Shown in pieces: positions 31,688 through 40,382 of a DNA stretch of 42,133 bases (positions are counted from its first letter, which is position 1; each line of letters opens with the position of its first letter). Origin of the DNA: a virus. Both the position numbers and the translations under genes were made by a program. The stretch is taken from the IMG/VR virus record IMGVR_UViG_3300017613_001174; one strand, given 5' to 3'. The notes below the pieces were generated by a model. That model was not told the origin of the DNA, searched no databases, and saw nothing but the letters and a program-made list of their open reading frames with translations.

Positions 31688-33364
31688 ATGAACCCGTTAT
31701 TTTTTCTCGCCACTGAGGTTAATAGTGAAATAATTGGCCATATCCCAAACGGAGATATGGAGGTTGATAGCAACTGGTCATTGATTAATGTCGGAAACTC
31801 TGATGCTTATACCGGAAGCCATTATATCACCACATCTTTTTATGCGCCTGGATCAAGTACGGCTTCTAGGCAGCTTGACGCCGGTGGGTGGGGAGTGGGG
31901 ATTATCAGCGATCAATATCCGCTTGATGCCAGCCAGAAGTATCTATACACGATGCAGGTATACCCGGATCAATCCAGCGGATACTACCAGGAATATATCG
32001 GAGATGAAACATGGGTCAAGTGGGGTGCCGATGCCGAAAGCATTGTATTTAGCGGTGACATTTTAAAAGTCGGTCCTGTGGGGGAGGGCTATCCGTACAC
32101 AAATATTGAATCTGCTGTATCCGTAGCAACCAGTGGTGATATGATTCAACTGTATCCAACTGATTGGACGGTGCAGGGTTCAGATGACGGATATATCGCC
32201 TATGATATATCCAGCGGGACATTCACCTTTGATAAAGATCTGATTTTTAGGGGGATGGGGAGCAGGTACACAGCGGGTGTTTTAGTGGCTATTAGGGGGT
32301 ATGACAACTTAGCTTCAGGGCAGGCAGGTTTTAAATTCATTGGCAGCTTTGACAATATCATATTTGAGAATTTGACCATAGATGGCGCTATTAACGCACG
32401 AAATTTAATTGATACAAGCTCTTGCCATGCCGATGCAAATATTCATTTCAACAGAAACCAAATCCGCGCAAATTGGCAGGGTGGAGTATTTGACCTGGAA
32501 TTTTATCTTGGCAATTTGTATCTGCAAAATTGTCTGATTGTCCCTGGTGGCAAAATTGGTGCTGGTGGTATGTGGTCATATTACCGCCTCGGGAAAAATA
32601 CAGAGGTAAGCACCATATCAGTTTTAAAATGTCTTCAATGGTTTGGGGAATCAAAGTGTACCGATTGCGAAAGGGGGCCTGACCCGAACGACTGGCTTGG
32701 CAATGAAGCAAGCGAGCCTGGGTACGGGATGCAATACGGGGAAATGTGGATTAAATACAAGGCCAGTTTAATAGTTGAACCGGAAGGATGGGAAAGGCAA
32801 TGCAACGTACAGATCAAAGATGGCGCGGGATCAACGATATATGATGTTACCCATAAGTTGCTAACCAGCCAATGGTCACAAATAGATTTTATTTACACCG
32901 AATCAACAGGGGGTAATGATGGGCAGATCCAATTTTATCATGCTGAGTCGTCCACCGAGATTGAGGCGGATATCTATAATCGAACATATTATATAGACGA
33001 TGTTAAAATATATGCGGTAAACTGTGAAACCCAGCAAATATATCCCAATTGGGACTACAAGAAAAAACAACAGCGGGTTATGTCAAAGCACAGGTCGAAA
33101 ACAGGGCAGATGTTCCAGTATGAATGGAGCCGCTTTAGTAAGTTTGAATTCACGCTTGATTATTTGGCATCGAGTAAAGCAAAGCAGATAAATTCTTGGT
33201 GGCAGAGTTCAGCCGACCTTTTGTTTATGATTAATTCATTTGGGGTTATGGAAGTCAACAGCGTAACATTTGATAACAAGTCGGAACCATTCGAGAAAAT
33301 GCAACGTCCATATGCCGAATATTATAGTGGCAAGATAAAGCTGTCAGGCACAGCGGGTTTGTAA
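31688..33364 (+). CDS. Tail tip protein with a beta-helix-like central region and a C-terminal Dit-like domain
   Basis: GEGYPYTNIESAVSVATSGDMIQL is a typical pectate-lyase-fold entry motif. The C-terminus (33041-33361) is paralogous to 31320-31685. Confidence 0.65.
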   Translation: MNPLFFLATEVNSEIIGHIPNGDMEVDSNWSLINVGNSDAYTGSHYITTSFYAPGSSTASRQLDAGGWGVGIISDQYPLDASQKYLYTMQVYPDQSSGYYQEYIGDETWVKWGADAESIVFSGDILKVGPVGEGYPYTNIESAVSVATSGDMIQLYPTDWTVQGSDDGYIAYDISSGTFTFDKDLIFRGMGSRYTAGVLVAIRGYDNLASGQAGFKFIGSFDNIIFENLTIDGAINARNLIDTSSCHADANIHFNRNQIRANWQGGVFDLEFYLGNLYLQNCLIVPGGKIGAGGMWSYYRLGKNTEVSTISVLKCLQWFGESKCTDCERGPDPNDWLGNEASEPGYGMQYGEMWIKYKASLIVEPEGWERQCNVQIKDGAGSTIYDVTHKLLTSQWSQIDFIYTESTGGNDGQIQFYHAESSTEIEADIYNRTYYIDDVKIYAVNCETQQIYPNWDYKKKQQRVMSKHRSKTGQMFQYEWSRFSKFEFTLDYLASSKAKQINSWWQSSADLLFMINSFGVMEVNSVTFDNKSEPFEKMQRPYAEYYSGKIKLSGTAGL

Positions 33365-33365
33365 A

Positions 33366-34547
33366 ATGTCTTATGATGTTACATCATGGTACGTAGACCA
33401 GCTTCAACTCAGGGCTTCGGCACCGGTGCGCCAGTTCACTATCGGGTCGAGTGATTATTCCGATAGGGTTGTCAGGTGGCCGAAATTCAGTCGGTATGCC
33501 AATAGGATTATCGCGAGCAAGGCCACCGTAACGCTTGCAAATGATGATGGGCTGTTCAATAATTTTCATGAGCGGGTATGGACACTGCCGAATACCTGCT
33601 CGGTTTTGGTTGGCTATACCCATGCCAACTCTGGTGATGAAACGGTATCAATATTTTCCGGTGATATAAAGGAGGTCCGCTATCCCAAAAAATCAGCTTG
33701 TGAACTTCATTTAAGAGATCGGCTGTGGGCGCTTACAGAAAAAAAGATCGGTACCTCTGATGAGCCGGTGGAGTTAAGCAGTCAAGTTCCATCTGATATA
33801 GCATGGACGATTTGCACGTGTTATGGCGAGTTAGATAATACGGAAAGTGCGGCGAACCCTCATATTGATTGGGAATCCTTTAATGTGTGGGCCGAAAATT
33901 TCTCATCTGACAACATTGTAATGGCGGCATACTATAACGGCATAAAGGTGGCGAAGGCCCTGGGTGATCTCGGTGACATGACGGACTCCGCTATCTGGAC
34001 GGAGGGGGATGGCAGATTATATTTCCGGCGATACACGGAGCCAAGCTCGCTTGATTTCACCCTGGTTGCAGATGATATACTTGACGTTAACATAACTGTC
34101 GATGGAATGAACCTGGTAAATAAAGCCTGGGTATATGGCCTGTATTCCACCGATTCGGATTACTGGCAAATAGCAACTTATATGCAAGAGAGCACATCGG
34201 TTAATACTTTCGGGTTGCACGAAACGACCTGGAAAAATAAAAACATCTGGTATGTTGACTCGGCGTCATGCCAAAACATGGCGCAGCGCAAAGCTCTGGC
34301 GAATCAATACCCACCGAGGAAATTTAAGCTAAGTGCCACAGTCGTTGGGTTGTATCGTCAGCTTGGAGAAACGATACGGTTTGTAGACACTTTTTATAAT
34401 ATAAATTCCGGGACTGGCTGGCGCTTTGATGAGATGAAAATTGATACGGATAAATTCCGAGTTGATTACAAAATGAACGAGGCGACCGCTGGGGACGCTT
34501 TCTTTCTTGATGTTGATGTGCTGGATGGAGACAAGCTGCTATTATGA
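33366..34547 (+). CDS. Tail tip / baseplate structural protein
   Basis: Position and size only. Confidence 0.55.
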   Translation: MSYDVTSWYVDQLQLRASAPVRQFTIGSSDYSDRVVRWPKFSRYANRIIASKATVTLANDDGLFNNFHERVWTLPNTCSVLVGYTHANSGDETVSIFSGDIKEVRYPKKSACELHLRDRLWALTEKKIGTSDEPVELSSQVPSDIAWTICTCYGELDNTESAANPHIDWESFNVWAENFSSDNIVMAAYYNGIKVAKALGDLGDMTDSAIWTEGDGRLYFRRYTEPSSLDFTLVADDILDVNITVDGMNLVNKAWVYGLYSTDSDYWQIATYMQESTSVNTFGLHETTWKNKNIWYVDSASCQNMAQRKALANQYPPRKFKLSATVVGLYRQLGETIRFVDTFYNINSGTGWRFDEMKIDTDKFRVDYKMNEATAGDAFFLDVDVLDGDKLLL

Positions 34548-34738
34548 TATTGCGGACTATATATTGTAGCGTCCATAGATGCCCACGGGTTTATACGGAA
34601 AAGAAATTTAATGAGGGGTTTCCTGGGTGGGGGCATATCAACGGGATTTATAATGATCAGACCGAGGAAGATATTGCACACTTATGCCCTGATCATTTAG
34701 AAAAAATAAAGGGGGTATTAAATAATGACCTGGACTAA
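34544..34738 (+). CDS. Small Cys/His protein
   Basis: ATGA coupling. CSVHRC...CPDH. Confidence 0.5.
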   Translation: MILRTIYCSVHRCPRVYTEKKFNEGFPGWGHINGIYNDQTEEDIAHLCPDHLEKIKGVLNNDLD

Positions 34739-35042
34739 CTTATCAGGGGCTTTCGGGTACGGAACGAAACTGACATCTTCTCAGATGCAGCAATTACGGG
34801 ATAACCTAACAGCCTTGGCTAATGGCGACTCGGGCGCGCCTGCGATCCAGGCGGCGGCGCTGGATAGCGCTTCGGTAACAACTGCCAAAATTGCGGACGG
34901 AGATGTGACCGAGGCCAAAATGGCTTATTTGGTTGGTGAAGTTACCCAGTACCATGAAGGAGAATCAGACAGTTTTTATCGGGTGAGACAGCTTGATGGC
35001 TCAAACATGCAGTGCTGCCCAACCTTCGATGATTCCCCTTAA
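34725..35042 (+). CDS. Tail-fibre-associated small protein
   Basis: LTSSQMQQLRDNLTALANGDSGAP...VTTAKIADGDVTEAKMA resembles fibre N-terminal motifs. Confidence 0.55.
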   Translation: MTWTNLSGAFGYGTKLTSSQMQQLRDNLTALANGDSGAPAIQAAALDSASVTTAKIADGDVTEAKMAYLVGEVTQYHEGESDSFYRVRQLDGSNMQCCPTFDDSP

Positions 35043-35081
35043 AATATAATTGCTGTCAAATAGGTAAAAAACGGGGGCACC

Positions 35082-35576
35082 ATGAAAAAGATTTTAGCGT
35101 TTGCATTCAGTATGTTTTTAATGTGTTCCAGTGCTTATGCGGCAGAGATCACTTTCGCCTGGGACCCTAACACGGAAAATGATTTGGCAGGATATAAAAT
35201 ATATGCCGGTAAGGTATCACGTTTCGATCCGGCGTTGAATCCGGCCGATATATTGGCGGCTAAACAGGCAGAATGCGATACCCAGGAGTGCAAGGATACG
35301 TGGGCGGCGTTTTGTGACGATCCGGAAGATCCCTTATGTGATTTTGATTTCTACACCTACGATTCTGTTGTTGATGTCGGCAATGTCACTGAGTACAAAA
35401 TGTTAAATGTCGGAGAGGGGCCTGGATTTTATGCTGCAACGGCTTACGATACTTTCGGTAATGAGTCTAAATTTTCGGTCGAGTTGTCGCTGGTCATTAA
35501 TACGTCGAGGCCGGGTGCTCCACAGGTTTTTAAAGCAACAATAAAGGCAAGCAAAGTGACAGTTGAAACTGATTAA
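35082..35576 (+). CDS. Secreted FN3-like domain protein
   Basis: Signal-peptide-like MKKILAFAFSMFLMCSSAYA/AE. ITFAWDPNTENDLAGYKIYAG is a fibronectin-III-like motif. Confidence 0.65.
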   Translation: MKKILAFAFSMFLMCSSAYAAEITFAWDPNTENDLAGYKIYAGKVSRFDPALNPADILAAKQAECDTQECKDTWAAFCDDPEDPLCDFDFYTYDSVVDVGNVTEYKMLNVGEGPGFYAATAYDTFGNESKFSVELSLVINTSRPGAPQVFKATIKASKVTVETD

Positions 35577-35606
35577 ACCTCAAAATAATTACTTAGGAGT
35601 ATAGAC

Positions 35607-35969
35607 ATGAAAAAAAACATTAAACGCAAACCATTTATGATTATAGGGTTATTATTTTTCATTTGTGTGGCCATAGCGGCTGCGGGAGTGAACATAACCC
35701 TGACAATCAGCACAGACCCTGGGGCCGACTCATTCACCTCAGACACGGCAAAGCTCGGCGGCGCTTTTGATCTATCAATATCGAACACCTGGGCCGGGAC
35801 CGTGACGTTACAGCGTAGCTTTGATGGTAGTAACTGGGTAGATGTAGAAGAATGGACATCTAACGCTGAAAGAGTTGTCGATGAACCATCCCATGATGTT
35901 TATTACCGTATAGGTATGAAAAATGGTGACTATACCAGTGGGACTGTTGATATGCGGTTATTTAAATAA
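35607..35969 (+). CDS. Protein with an N-terminal signal/anchor sequence
   Basis: MKKNIKRKPFMIIGLLFFICVAIAAAG. RBS aggag. Confidence 0.6.
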   Translation: MKKNIKRKPFMIIGLLFFICVAIAAAGVNITLTISTDPGADSFTSDTAKLGGAFDLSISNTWAGTVTLQRSFDGSNWVDVEEWTSNAERVVDEPSHDVYYRIGMKNGDYTSGTVDMRLFK

Positions 35970-36017
35970 GGGGTGCCGCCATGATCAAAAGTATTCAAGC
36001 GGAGGCATTAATATAAA

Positions 36018-36272
36018 ATGAGAAAACTAATTCTGATAATCCTGACAATTCTTTGCTTCGCTGCGTATGAGTATGTGGGTTTGGGTGGCTTGATTAGTAG
36101 CCCTCTGGCTGCATTAATAAGACCTGTTGTGCGGGGGCTGATATCAGATAGTCTTGTCAGGTGCCCGTCTGACGATTCTGATTGTCAGTATGCTGTGACC
36201 CAAAACAATATTTTATTTAGTACGGATAACGTAACCTTTGGAACCGATAACATTTATTTTGGGGAGTCTTAA
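36018..36272 (+). CDS. Small protein with an N-terminal hydrophobic segment
   Basis: MRKLILIILTILCFAAYEYVG. Confidence 0.5.
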   Translation: MRKLILIILTILCFAAYEYVGLGGLISSPLAALIRPVVRGLISDSLVRCPSDDSDCQYAVTQNNILFSTDNVTFGTDNIYFGES

Positions 36273-36276
36273 AACT

Positions 36277-38826
36277 ATGAAAAAACTACTAATTTCAATT
36301 ATCTTGTCGATTGTGCTGTCTTTTCCTGTTTGGGCAGCGGATATTGATTGTGACGATACAGGGACCCCAAATGACGCAATGGATGTTAATTGCGGGGGGA
36401 CTGATGCCACAACGCTGACAGACGGTGGCGTATTGTTGGGATCTGGAACGGGGCCGGTAACACCAATGGCTGTGTTGACTGATGGACAAATGATAGTTGG
36501 CGATGGGACCACGGACCCGGTGCCAGAATCAGGTGCGACTCTCAGGACTTCCATTGGTAGCCCTGCCATAGACGATTCTGCCCTAACCGGAAATCCCGTA
36601 ATCACGGACGCAGACCCAGGCTTGACATTCAATGACAGCACCGATGCCGCCGGGACTGCTAACATTCTATTTGGAACCACTCAGGCGACAAGGGATGTTG
36701 TAGCGACATTACAGGTAGACGTTAATAATACACCAGTGACATATATAACCTTAGACGGGACAAACGAAGATGTTGACGTAGCAAAGCCGCTTAACGTGGC
36801 CGGTAAAATAGCAGGGACAATAACCACAGAGCAACTTCGTCTAAGCTACGATGCGACAAATTACCTCACAGCGGTTCTATTAGATGACGGACATACGACT
36901 TTCACCACCGTTGACCCTGATGGTGCGGAAGCCGATATCAACTTTGCACCTGATGGCAATGTCGGGATTAAAACGGCGGCTCCATCAACTGCTTTAGAGG
37001 TTACGGGTACGGTGACAGCAACGGAATTTGCAGGTGGTGGTGGAAGCCTCACAGGTGTCGATGCAGCAACCGGAGACTCAGCGACAGATTTCTTTGACGC
37101 TGGAGAATTTGCAGATGCCAGAGTCCCGGATGCCCATTCCCACGCCGCAGATGCTATAGACGCCATAACCGAAATTGCGGCTGCGTTAAAAAGCGGTTCT
37201 GATGGCAAAGTGATAACGGGAACCGCTGGGACAAGCACCTATACTGCTGTATGGAATGCTGACGGCGATCTGGTAGACGGGGCCGACCCGTCCACTTATG
37301 CCCTGACAACATCTATCAACACAACAGCAAAGTTGGAAACAGTATCCAATGCCGGGGCGTATGCAAGCGATATCTTAGACGTTACCAACCAAGCTGGATT
37401 GACCGCACTAATTGCTGCTGGGACAATTTCGACATCTGGCGCGGTCGAATTAGCCACCAATGAAGAAACGGTGACCGGTACGGATACGAGCAGGGCGGTC
37501 ACACCTGATGGCTTGACAGATAGGTTACTTACGCCTGGCGGTATAGGTGCAGGCACTCCATCAACCGGAGACTTTACGACTATTTCTGCCCAATTGATGG
37601 CATCTTCCCTTGGTGCGACGATGGCAAATGGCGGTTATTATAGGATTGCAACCCAAACCAATGGTCACGCATGGGCAATCCAAATCTATGATACAGACGG
37701 TGCGTGGGTGGATGCCATGACATTCACTAACAGCGCCACACCTACAATCACGTTTAACGCGATTTTGGCAGGGTTAGGAGCATGGAACGGTAACTTTGTA
37801 TCGGCTACAAACGCAACTGATGACCTTGGTTCAACTGCTATCGGATGGGATGATTTATTTCTTGCTAATGGTGGTGTAATTCAATTAGGTGATGACCAAG
37901 ATGTGACCGTAAAGCACGTCCATGACGCAGGTTTGAATATGAAGCAAGTTACCGATGCTGACGATAATCCTTTTATTCTGATACTTCAAACGGGCGAAAC
38001 CGACATGGCCGTTGATGATGTATTAGGCGGTGTGTACTTTCAGGCACCGGATGAAGGCACCGGCACAGCCGCCATCTTGGTGGCGGCTGGTATCGAAGCG
38101 GTGTCCGAGGGAGATTTCGCAGCGGATTCCAATGCAACTAAACTTAGTTTTCAGACAGCGTCAAGTGCCACGGCTGCCGAGACAATGTCGCTTAGTTCTG
38201 GTGGAAATCTTGCTGTAACCGGAAGTGTCACAGCTACCACGTCTTTCATTAGAGGCACTGCGGACCTTAACGAAACCGACCTTGAGAAATTAGACGGAAT
38301 CACAAATGGCACTCAAGCGGCAAATAAAGCGGTTGTTGCAGACGCCAACGTGAATACCGGAGTGTCAAAGGTGACTGAGCTACACATGGGAACATCCGGT
38401 TCTGAGGTAAAGATAACCCATCCTGATCGTGCTGTATGGTTAGGTCGGGATTTTTCAAAAACAGACCTGACAAACGGAGCAACTCAAACGGCATTGTCTG
38501 AAGCAACCCTAATGGCAAACTATTGGATTGCCAATAATGGAGGGTCGGCTGAAGAAGATATTCTTTTGGTTGACATTACTTTCCCGATTAAATTCGCCCT
38601 GACTGATGAAGAAGGAACTGGTTATGAGGTTTGTCCCCCGTCAGGTGAACAATTTGACCTTAATAACGGTGAAACACTCTTAACCGCTGATTATTGTATT
38701 GAATCTGGTGGCGATAAAGGAGACATGGCAATATTTATACGCGGTGAAGATGAAGACGGTGCTTGGATATGGCGAGTTAGGACAGTACAGGGTGCTTGGA
38801 TAGATGGAGGAGATTCCGGTGATTAA
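36277..38826 (+). CDS. Tail-fibre-like protein with a signal-peptide-like N-terminus
   Basis: ATG at 36277 after ggggag. MKKLLISIILSIVLSFPVWA/AD. Ala/Thr/Gly-rich with GNVGIKTAAPSTALEVTGTVTATEFAGGGGSLTGV, a fibre collar-type motif. Confidence 0.7.
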   Translation: MKKLLISIILSIVLSFPVWAADIDCDDTGTPNDAMDVNCGGTDATTLTDGGVLLGSGTGPVTPMAVLTDGQMIVGDGTTDPVPESGATLRTSIGSPAIDDSALTGNPVITDADPGLTFNDSTDAAGTANILFGTTQATRDVVATLQVDVNNTPVTYITLDGTNEDVDVAKPLNVAGKIAGTITTEQLRLSYDATNYLTAVLLDDGHTTFTTVDPDGAEADINFAPDGNVGIKTAAPSTALEVTGTVTATEFAGGGGSLTGVDAATGDSATDFFDAGEFADARVPDAHSHAADAIDAITEIAAALKSGSDGKVITGTAGTSTYTAVWNADGDLVDGADPSTYALTTSINTTAKLETVSNAGAYASDILDVTNQAGLTALIAAGTISTSGAVELATNEETVTGTDTSRAVTPDGLTDRLLTPGGIGAGTPSTGDFTTISAQLMASSLGATMANGGYYRIATQTNGHAWAIQIYDTDGAWVDAMTFTNSATPTITFNAILAGLGAWNGNFVSATNATDDLGSTAIGWDDLFLANGGVIQLGDDQDVTVKHVHDAGLNMKQVTDADDNPFILILQTGETDMAVDDVLGGVYFQAPDEGTGTAAILVAAGIEAVSEGDFAADSNATKLSFQTASSATAAETMSLSSGGNLAVTGSVTATTSFIRGTADLNETDLEKLDGITNGTQAANKAVVADANVNTGVSKVTELHMGTSGSEVKITHPDRAVWLGRDFSKTDLTNGATQTALSEATLMANYWIANNGGSAEEDILLVDITFPIKFALTDEEGTGYEVCPPSGEQFDLNNGETLLTADYCIESGGDKGDMAIFIRGEDEDGAWIWRVRTVQGAWIDGGDSGD

Positions 38827-40291
38827 AAAACTAATTTTAATATTTGCTGTATTTTTTCTACTTGGTGGGGTTGGGTGGGGTGAGACATATTACTATGTAG
38901 ATCCTGATTTTGGAGGGACACCGGATGGGAGTGCCGCTACTCCTTGGACGTTAATCGATAATGAGGGTGCAGTTAATGAATGGACTGCTATTAATTCGGC
39001 GCTTGCTTCTGATTCGGTTACAATATATTTTTCAGCACGCAATGCTTCAGCAGATACAGACGAAACCGCTACGGATAGCATAGAGGTTTTACGGACGGAC
39101 GGTAGCGCAAATCGACTGACATTAGATGGAATGTCACAATATAACACTAATGACTCAACTCCATCTTGGTCGGCGTATAGCGGTAGTAGTCGTTTTACCG
39201 TAACTGCCTCGTATCCTTTGGATTTTTTTGAAAGAGATACCGAAACTACAGTTTCCGACAATATAACCGTCCAGGGGTTTCATTTTGACACAACTGGTGG
39301 ATTTTGCGCTTACATCGGAGGGGATAATCTTATTATACAGGACAATGAGTTTGAAGCAACCGCCCCACAGGTCGGACCACTGGTACAGTTTAGATATTCT
39401 GATGATGTTGGTGTGCAAACAAATTTAATTTTCCGCCGAAACACATTACACGACACACACGGGGAGGCACTATACATTGGCGGAGATGGCAATAATGGAA
39501 ATCCCAGTCATACTTATATTTATATTTACGAAAATGAGATTTATGATATCGGCACTCTTGGGGGCGAAGGCGACGGGATTGATATAAAAGACGAGATGCG
39601 TTATGTCTATGTATATAATAATTATCTTTATGATATAGGCAATATTGGTATTGTATCTCATACGTGGGACGATATTTATATATATAATAACCTAATTTAC
39701 TCGGGGGGTAGTCACGGCATCGCTTTAAACGGTTCCTTTGGCACCGGAGGTGATCTTGCTGCTATATATGGTAACATAATATATGATCATGGCACATCTG
39801 ATGATAGTTACGCCATTGCCTTAACCGCAACACATGATGGTGATGAGGTTGACGATGTTAGAGTATATAATAATACTATCAACAACAATGAGCGGGGGAT
39901 TGCTTTTAGTGCAACTACGGATGGTGATTTTACAAATGCAGTAATGCGAAATAATTTAGTGACCAACAATGACGAAGTAGGGGTAAAAGCATATAATGTT
40001 ACCCCTACTTTTTTTAATAATGATGTGTATAATAATACTGATAATTATCAATCAATTGCTGAGCAGGGAGGTAGTAACGGTAACATAACAGTTGATCCTC
40101 TATACGACGATGCCGGTTCAGGTGATTTCAACTTAGACCCAAGCTCCCCAGCATGTTTTGGAGGCACAGCAATATCAGGATATAACACAAGATTAGACCC
40201 AACATCCTCCTGGCCGGATGATGTGAGAACAAGGGGCGATACAAGACAAATGGGCGCTCATGTTTGCAATGGTGGCGCTGCGGGAATGTAA
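38819..40291 (+). CDS. Right-handed beta-helix (pectate-lyase-fold) protein A with a signal-peptide-like N-terminus
   Basis: GTG at 38819 after ggagga (alternative ATG at 38804). IKKLILIFAVFFLLGGVGWG/ET. Repeated N-N-x-I/V PbH1-like turns (NNLIYSGGSHGIAL, NNTINNNERGIAF, RNNLVTNNDEVGV). Confidence 0.75.
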   Translation: MIKKLILIFAVFFLLGGVGWGETYYYVDPDFGGTPDGSAATPWTLIDNEGAVNEWTAINSALASDSVTIYFSARNASADTDETATDSIEVLRTDGSANRLTLDGMSQYNTNDSTPSWSAYSGSSRFTVTASYPLDFFERDTETTVSDNITVQGFHFDTTGGFCAYIGGDNLIIQDNEFEATAPQVGPLVQFRYSDDVGVQTNLIFRRNTLHDTHGEALYIGGDGNNGNPSHTYIYIYENEIYDIGTLGGEGDGIDIKDEMRYVYVYNNYLYDIGNIGIVSHTWDDIYIYNNLIYSGGSHGIALNGSFGTGGDLAAIYGNIIYDHGTSDDSYAIALTATHDGDEVDDVRVYNNTINNNERGIAFSATTDGDFTNAVMRNNLVTNNDEVGVKAYNVTPTFFNNDVYNNTDNYQSIAEQGGSNGNITVDPLYDDAGSGDFNLDPSSPACFGGTAISGYNTRLDPTSSWPDDVRTRGDTRQMGAHVCNGGAAGM

Positions 40292-40364
40292 ATATATTCG
40301 ATCAATCTCAGCAGGTGGAGCTAACACAATAGCGGTGGGAAACAATTCAATAGGTGTGCCATGA
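40291..40364 (+). repeat. Out-of-frame copy of the 3' module of gene 40383-42116
   Basis: In the +1 frame it reads ..YIRSISAGGANTIAVGNNSIGVP*, against ..YADKLISGGANTVSIGSNSIGVP* at 42043-42116. Confidence 0.75.
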
Positions 40365-40382
40365 GGGGCCGGAGGGTAAAAA

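Noticed and set aside
36277-38826. Diversity-generating retroelement or phase-variable target in the fibre gene
   Set aside because: There is no reverse transcriptase anywhere in the genome. I saw no template/variable repeat pair and no invertase or inverted-repeat flanks.
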